Part shown: piece after piece, positions 57,046-64,000 of the stretch
Position numbering within the stretch: the first letter of the stretch is position 1
Layout of the letters: each line of letters starts with the position of its first letter
Source: Eledone cirrhosa
Taxonomy: Eukaryota
DNA: 64,000 nucleotides
NCBI GenBank assembly: GCA_964016885.1
Contig: OZ024766.1
Location: 3,906,001 to 3,970,000 of the forward strand
Direction: 5' to 3'
The notes under the pieces: model-generated
Database searches by the model: none
What the model was told of the DNA's origin: nothing
Seen by the model: only the letters and a program-made list of their open reading frames with translations
Position numbers and translations under genes: made by a program

Positions 57046-57817
57046 GTGGGTCATTGTTGTTGTTTGAAGGGGCTGACAGCTGTGGTGGTGGTGGTGGTGG
57101 GGCTGACAGCTGTGGTGGTGGTGGTGGTGGGGCTTACAGCTGTGGTGGTGGTGGTGGGGCTGACAGCTGTGGTGGTGGTAGTGGTGGTGGTGGTGGTGGG
57201 GCTGACAGCTGTGGTGGTGGTGGTGGGGCTGACAGCTGTGGTGGTGGTGGTGGGGCTGACAGCTGTGGTGGTGGTGGTGGTGGTGGGGCTGACAGCAGCA
57301 GTGGTGGTGGTGGTGGAAGCGATGGTGATCTGGATGACAATGGTGGTGGTAGGCCTGGGAGTTGTGTGGCTGGTGGTGGTGGTGGTGGTGGTGATGGGGT
57401 TATGGTGGTGGTGGTGGTGCTGACTATATATATATATATATATATATATATTGTCTTGCTCATATGGGAACTGATTCTGGGTTGATTTCTACAGCTGGAT
57501 GCCCTTCCTAACACCAACCTCATTTACAGCGAGTGGTGGGTGCTTTTTTGCCGTGGCACCTCCATGTCCACTTTACAGTGGGAGGGTGTGGGGGTATATT
57601 GTCTATATGCTTCAGCTTCGGCTTGTACCCGTGGGGGGGGGGGGGGGGTCGGATCTTCTGTACTACTGCGTGACGCCAGAGGTCACGGTCGTGTGTCATC
57701 ACGTTTGAGAGGTGTAATTGGGTAAGGTCGGCTTTTATCACCTCACCCCAGGTCTTCCTGGGTCTCCCCACTCTAATGTCTATAGTGTTAATATCTATTG
57801 TTTCTGTTGCTATGCAG

Positions 57818-57877
57818 GACCAACAACCTGATGACAGGAGGATTCTTGTTCCTAAGGAGAGCCGTAATCTGTTTAAG
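57818..57877 (+). CDS. FZR1: FZR1 coding exon 4: DQQPDDRRILVPKESRNLFK
   Basis: atgcag / gtaaat boundaries, phase 0/0. D.Q..DRR.....E.K.LF pattern. Confidence 0.9.
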
Positions 57878-58401
57878 GTAAATATACCAGTAATTACCTG
57901 TAATTAACCTGTATGTGCATCTGGTCTGTTAGATATAGCAGCCAAATTGCCCTCTCAAACTCACTTTTATTTAACCCTTTTCACACCAATGCCCCACCGA
58001 CTATCATTGTTTTATGTAAGAACCTCTGTTAAGTTATGTTCCAAACACCCCTGGTTCTATGATACAAAACTGTTTGTTTTAAAGTGTTTATATTTATCTA
58101 AAAACCTTCCATCATAATTTTATGTAAGAACCTTTGTTAAGTTATGTTCCAAACAGCCCTGGTTCTATGACACAAAACTGTAAGAACCTTTGTTAAGTTA
58201 TGTTCCAAACAGCCCTGGTTCTATGACACAAAACTGTAAGAACCTTTGTTAAGTTATGTTCCAAACAGCCCTGGTTCTATGACACAAAACTGTTTTAAAG
58301 TGTTTATATTTATCTAAAAACCTTCCGTCATAGTTCTATGTAAGAACCTCTGTTAAGTTATGTTCCACCTGATGGTGATATGCTACATCTGTACATTGCA
58401 G

Positions 58402-58503
58402 TACCATGTACCACGTCGCAGTCCAGATGCAGCGGACTCCTCTCCTTATTCACTCTCACCTGTCGGAAGTAAAAGTCAAAAGTTGCTGAGGTCACCCCGT
58501 AAG
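58402..58503 (+). CDS. FZR1: FZR1 coding exon 5: YHVPRRSPDAADSSPYSLSPVGSKSQKLLRSPRK
   Basis: ttgcag / gtaggt boundaries. Conserved SPYSLSPV..KSQKLLRSPRK. Confidence 0.95.
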
Positions 58504-58519
58504 GTAGGTGACAGCATCC

Positions 58520-58544
58520 ACGCCACCACACCACCTCCATATAA

Positions 58545-58599
<55 letters not shown>

Positions 58600-58742
58600 A
58601 CCTCCATATAATCACACACACACACACACACACACACCACCTCCATATAATCACACACACACACACACCACCTCCATATAATCACACACACACACACACC
58701 ACTTCCATATAATCACACACACACACAATCACCTCCATATAA

Positions 58743-58783
<41 letters not shown>

Positions 58784-59307
58784 ACCACCTCCATATAATC
58801 ACACACACACACACACACACACACAACCTCCATATAATCACACACACACACATCACCTTCATATAATCACACACACACACACACACATCACCTTCATATA
58901 ATCACACACACACACATCACCTCCATATAAACACACACACACACACATCACCTCCATATAATCACACACACACACATCACCTTCATATAATCACACACAC
59001 ACACACATCACCTCCATATAAACACACACACACACACATCACCTCCATATAATCACACACACACACACACACACATCACCTCCATATAAACACACACACA
59101 CACACATCACCTTCATATAATCACACACACACACACACACATCACCTTCATATAATCACACACACACACACATCACCTCCATATAAACACACACACACAC
59201 ACATCACCTCCATATAATCACACACACACACATCACCTTCATATAATCACACACACACACACATCACCTCCATATAAACACACACACACACAATCACCTC
59301 CATATAA

Positions 59308-59376
<69 letters not shown>

Positions 59377-59767
59377 TCACCTCCATATAAACACACACAC
59401 ACACACATCACCTCCATATAATCACACACACACACATCACCTTCATATAATCACACACACACACACATCACCTCCATATAAACACACACACACACAATCA
59501 CCTCCATATAATCACACACACACACATCACCTCCATATAATCACACACACACACACACACATCACCTCCATATAATCACACACACACACATCACCTCCAT
59601 ATAATCACACACACACACACACACATCACCTCCATATAATCACACACACACACACACACATCACCTCCATATAATCACACACACACACATCACCTCCATA
59701 TAATCACACACACACACACACACATCACCTCCATATAATCACACACACACACATCACCTCCATATAA

Positions 59768-59799
<32 letters not shown>

Positions 59800-59970
59800 C
59801 ACCATATAATCACACACACACACATCACCTCCATATAATCACACACACACACATCACCTCCATATAATCACACACACACACACACACATCACCTCCATAT
59901 AAACACACACACACCCACATCACCTCCGTATAATCACACACACACACACACACCGCCTCCATATAATCAC
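58520..59970. repeat. cacctccatataat(CA)n compound tandem repeat filling FZR1 intron 5
   Basis: Direct inspection. Confidence 0.92.
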
Positions 59971-60107
59971 ACACAGACACACACACACAGACACACACAC
60001 ACACAGACACACACACACACAGACACACACACACACAGACACAGACACACACACACACACACACACACACCTCACTACTTTCTCTCTTTCTCTTCAATTC
60101 TGTGCAG

Positions 60108-60263
60108 GCCATGAGAAAAATCTCCAAGATTCCATTCAAAGTCCTTGATGCTCCAGAACTTCAGGATGATTTCTACCTGAATTTAGTGGATTGGTCTTCA
60201 CAGAATGTGCTTAGTGTCGGACTGGGTACCTGTGTCTACCTGTGGAGTGCTTGTACTAGCCAG
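60108..60263 (+). CDS. FZR1: FZR1 coding exon 6: AMRKISKIPFKVLDAPELQDDFYLNLVDWSSQNVLSVGLGTCVYLWSACTSQ
   Basis: gtgcag / gtaggt boundaries. Near-invariant first WD40 blade of Cdh1. Confidence 0.97.
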
Positions 60264-60415
60264 GTAGGTTAATTAGGATTATATAAACATTTGTTTTTCA
60301 GGCCAGGTAATATGTTAGTAGGTTGATTATATATTTCTATGTACATATATATACTAGACAGGTAATCTCGCTCTGTGTGTGTATATGTGTGTGTGTGTAT
60401 ATATTTATATATATA

Positions 60416-60494
<79 letters not shown>

Positions 60495-60898
60495 TTATAT
60501 ATATATGTGTATATATATGCGTGTGTGTATATATATGTGTGTGTGTATATATATATGTGTGTGTATATATATATGTGTGTATATGTGTATATATATATGT
60601 GTGTATATATATATGTGTGTGTATATATATATGTGTGTATATGTGTATATATATATGTGTGTATATATATATGTGTATGTGTGTGTATATATATATGTGT
60701 ATATATGTGTGTGTGTATATATATGTGTGTGTGTGTGTGGATATATATATATGTATGTGTGTGTGTGTGTATATATATGTGTGTGTGTATATATATATAT
60801 ATGTGTGTATTATATTATGTATAGATATTACAAGCAGCCGTCATTGTTGACAGCCTGGTGGGTTCAGCAAGTACTAATGGTAATGTTTGTCGTTGTAG

Positions 60899-60964
60899 GT
60901 GACCCGACTCTGTGACTTGGCGTCTGATGGGGACTCTGTTACTGCTGTATCATGGGCTGAGAGG
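60899..60964 (+). CDS. FZR1: FZR1 coding exon 7: [22 protein letters not shown]
   Basis: ttgtag / gtgagt boundaries. WD40 continuation. Confidence 0.95.
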
Positions 60965-61689
60965 GTGAGTTGGATCATCACCATCACCACCATCATCACT
61001 ACTGTTATTGCCATTATTACCATCATCACCACCACCACCATCTTCATTACCACCACCATCATCACCACCATTAGCTTCACCACCACCACTACCACCATTA
61101 CCACAGCCATCTTCATTACCACTACCATCATCATCATCATCACCATCACCATTAGCTCCACCACCACCATCACCTCCACCATCACCATCATCACCACTAT
61201 TACCACCACCACCACCTCCACCATTACCACCTCCACCACCTCCACTATCATCACCACCACCACCTCCACCACCACACCACCACCACCATTACCACCTCCA
61301 CCACCACACCTCCATCACCATCACCACCACACCATCACCATCATCACCACCATTACCACCTCCACCATCATCACCATCACCATTACCTCCACCACCACAC
61401 CACCACCACCTCCACCATTACCACCACCTCCACCACCACCTCCACCATTACCTCCACCATTACCACCACCTCCACCATTACCACCACCTCCATCACCACC
61501 TCCACCACCATCATCACCACCATTACCACCACCATCACACCACCACCACCATCACACCACCACCACATCACCTCCACCACCACATCACCACCACCACCAC
61601 CATATATGTGTATCTATGTGTGTCTGTGTGTCTGTCAGTCTGTGCAAATTATGAAGGTCTGTTGTGTTTCTTTCTGTCTCCCCCTCCAG

Positions 61690-61792
61690 GGTCATCTGGT
61701 TGCCGTGGGAACTCACAAAGGTTACGTCCAGATTTGGGATGTGACTGCCAACAAGAAGATCAATACATTGGAAGGTCACACAGCACGTGTTG
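61690..61792 (+). CDS. FZR1: FZR1 coding exon 8: GHLVAVGTHKGYVQIWDVTANKKINTLEGHTARV(G); gene continues past the right edge
   Basis: ctccag / gtaagt boundaries, phase 0/1. WD40 GHTARVG. Confidence 0.96.
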
Positions 61793-61847
61793 GTAAGTGG
61801 GGTGGGGTGGGGTGGGGGAGTGATTGATTGATTGAAACAGAGGACAC

Positions 61848-63210
61848 GCTAGAAATAGCAGCTAAGTCTCCCTCAAACATGATACACACTTAACACCAAG
61901 TTCTGGCCATTTAACCTGCTAGAAATAGCAGCTAAGTCTCCCTCAAACATGATACACACTTAACACCACGTTCTGGCCATTTAACCTGCTAGAAATAGCA
62001 GCTAAGTCTCCCTCAAACATGATACACACTTAACATCAAGTTCTGGCCATTTAACCTGCTAGAAATAGCAGCTAAGTCTCCCTCAAACATGATACACACT
62101 TAACACCAAGTTCTGGCCATTTAACCTGCTAGAAATAGCAGCTAAGTCTCCCTCAAACATAATACACACTTAACACCACGTTCTGGCCATTTAACCTGCT
62201 AGAAATAGCAGCTAAATCTCCCTCAAACATGATACACACTTAACAATACGTTCTGGCCATTTAACCTGCTAGAAATAGCAGCTAAGTCTCCCTCAAACAT
62301 GATACACACTTAACAATACGTTCTGGCCATTTAACCTGCTAGAAATAGCAGCTAAGTCTCCCTCAAACATGATACACACTTAACATCAAGTTCTGGCCAT
62401 TTAACCTGCTAGAAATAGCAGCTAAAACTCCCTCAAACATGATACACACTTAACATCAAGTTGTGGTCATTTAACTTGCTAGAAATATCAGCTAAATCTC
62501 CCTCAAACATGATACACACTTAACATCAAGTTCTGGCCATTTAACCTGCTAGAAATAGCAGCTAAGTCTCCCTCAAACATGATACACAATTAACACTACG
62601 TTCTGGCCATTTAACCTGCTAGAAATAGCAGCTAAGTCTCCCTCAAACATGATACACAGTTAACACTACGTTCTGGCCATTTAACCTGCTAGAAATAGCA
62701 GCTAAGTCTCCCTCAAACATGATACACAATTAACACCACGTTCTGGCCATTTAACCTGCTAGAAATAGCAGCTAAGTCTCCCTCAAACATGATACACACT
62801 TAACACCAAGTTCTGGCCATTTAACCTGCTAGAAATAGCAGCTAAGTCTCCCTCAAACATGATACACAGTTAACACTACGTTCTGGCCATTTAACCTGCG
62901 AGAAATAGCAGCTAAGTCTCCCTCAAACATGATACACAATTAACACTACGTTCTGGCCATTTAACCTGCGAGAAATAGCAGCTAAATCTCCCTCAAACAT
63001 GATACACAATTAACACTACGTTCTGGCCATTTAACCTGCTAGAAATAGCAGCTAAATCTCCCTCAAACAGGAGGACACACTTAACACTACGTTCTGGCCA
63101 TTTAACCTGCTAGAAATAGCAGCTAAGTCTCCCTCAAACATGATACACACTTAACATCAAGTTGTGGTCATTTAACCTGCTAGAAATAGCAACTAAATCT
63201 CCCTCAAACC
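61848..63210. repeat. 70-bp tandem array (~19 copies)
   Basis: gctagaaatagcagctaagtctccctcaaac recurs every 70 bp. Confidence 0.95.
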
Positions 63211-63392
63211 ACACTAACACCACATTGTGGTCATTTAATTTGCTGGAAACAGCAGCTAAATCTCCATACATCATCACATCACTAACAACACCTTCTTTCT
63301 TCTCACAACTACACTACACCATGCCTCAGACACTCCCCTACACCAATACACCACCATACATGTCTTCACTATTATAAAACAACATCAAAGAA

Positions 63393-64000
63393 GGACATTA
63401 GATAATGTAGTCCTAGATAGACTGTGTCTGTATATAAGACAGGACACATTAGATAATGTAGTCCTAGGTACACTGTGTCTGTATATAAGACAGGACACAT
63501 TAGATAATGTAGTCCTAGGTACACTGTGTCTGTATATAAGACAGGACACATTAGATAATGTAGTCCTAGGTACACTGTGTCTGTATATAAGACAGGACAC
63601 ATTAGATAATGTAGTCCTAGATACACTGTGTCTGTATATAAGACAGGACACATTAGATAATGTAGTCCTAGGTAGACTGTGTCTGTATATAAGACAGGAC
63701 ACATTAGATATTGTAGTCCTAGATACACTGTGTCTGTATATAAGACAGGACACATTAGATAGTGTAGTCCTAGATACACTGTGTCTGTATATAAGACAGG
63801 ACACATTAGATAATGTAGTCCTAGATACACTGTGTCTGTATATAAGACAGGACACATTAGATAATGTAGTCCTAGATACACTGTGTCTATATAAGACAGG
63901 TCACATTAGATAATGTAGTCCTAGATACACTATGACACTATAAGACAGGACACATTAGATAATGTAGTCCTAGGTACACTGTGTCTGTATATAAGACAGG
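63393..64000. repeat. 51-bp tandem array (~12 copies, cut by the window edge)
   Basis: 17-aa periodic pseudo-ORFs. A monomer is also present at ~28732-28775. Confidence 0.95.

Overview
This is eukaryotic, intron-rich and extremely repeat-rich animal DNA. The SINE families, (TA)n/(CAC)n load and TTAGGG variants suggest a coleoid cephalopod, probably an octopus (inference). Three spliced genes can be assembled from GT-AG exons. (1) An annexin on the minus strand, with exons of 76/95/114/91 nt, continuing off the left edge. (2) A complete 128-aa FAM183/CFAP144-like ciliary gene (minus, 4 exons) with a perfect RFX X-box 77 bp upstream of its ATG. (3) The first 8 coding exons of fizzy-related/FZR1 (Cdh1) on the plus strand. 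Almost all ORF-track entries are microsatellite or satellite artefacts. The introns hold CORE- and Meta-type SINEs, RTE- and CR1-group LINE fragments, a DD37D maT transposon, Helentron-like elements, many TE-derived tandem arrays and a degenerate interstitial telomeric tract. The strongest hidden signal is a set of about ten minimal type I hammerhead-ribozyme motifs in (TA)n-inserted elements, several inside long fold-back palindromes and one linked to a Penelope-type GIY-YIG C-terminus. Other signals are about 50 tandem decoy splice acceptors in front of FZR1 exon 2, eight TATCGATA (DRE) motifs at the likely FZR1 promoter, and a twin-priming-type LINE inversion. All calls were made by eye, with no database searches.
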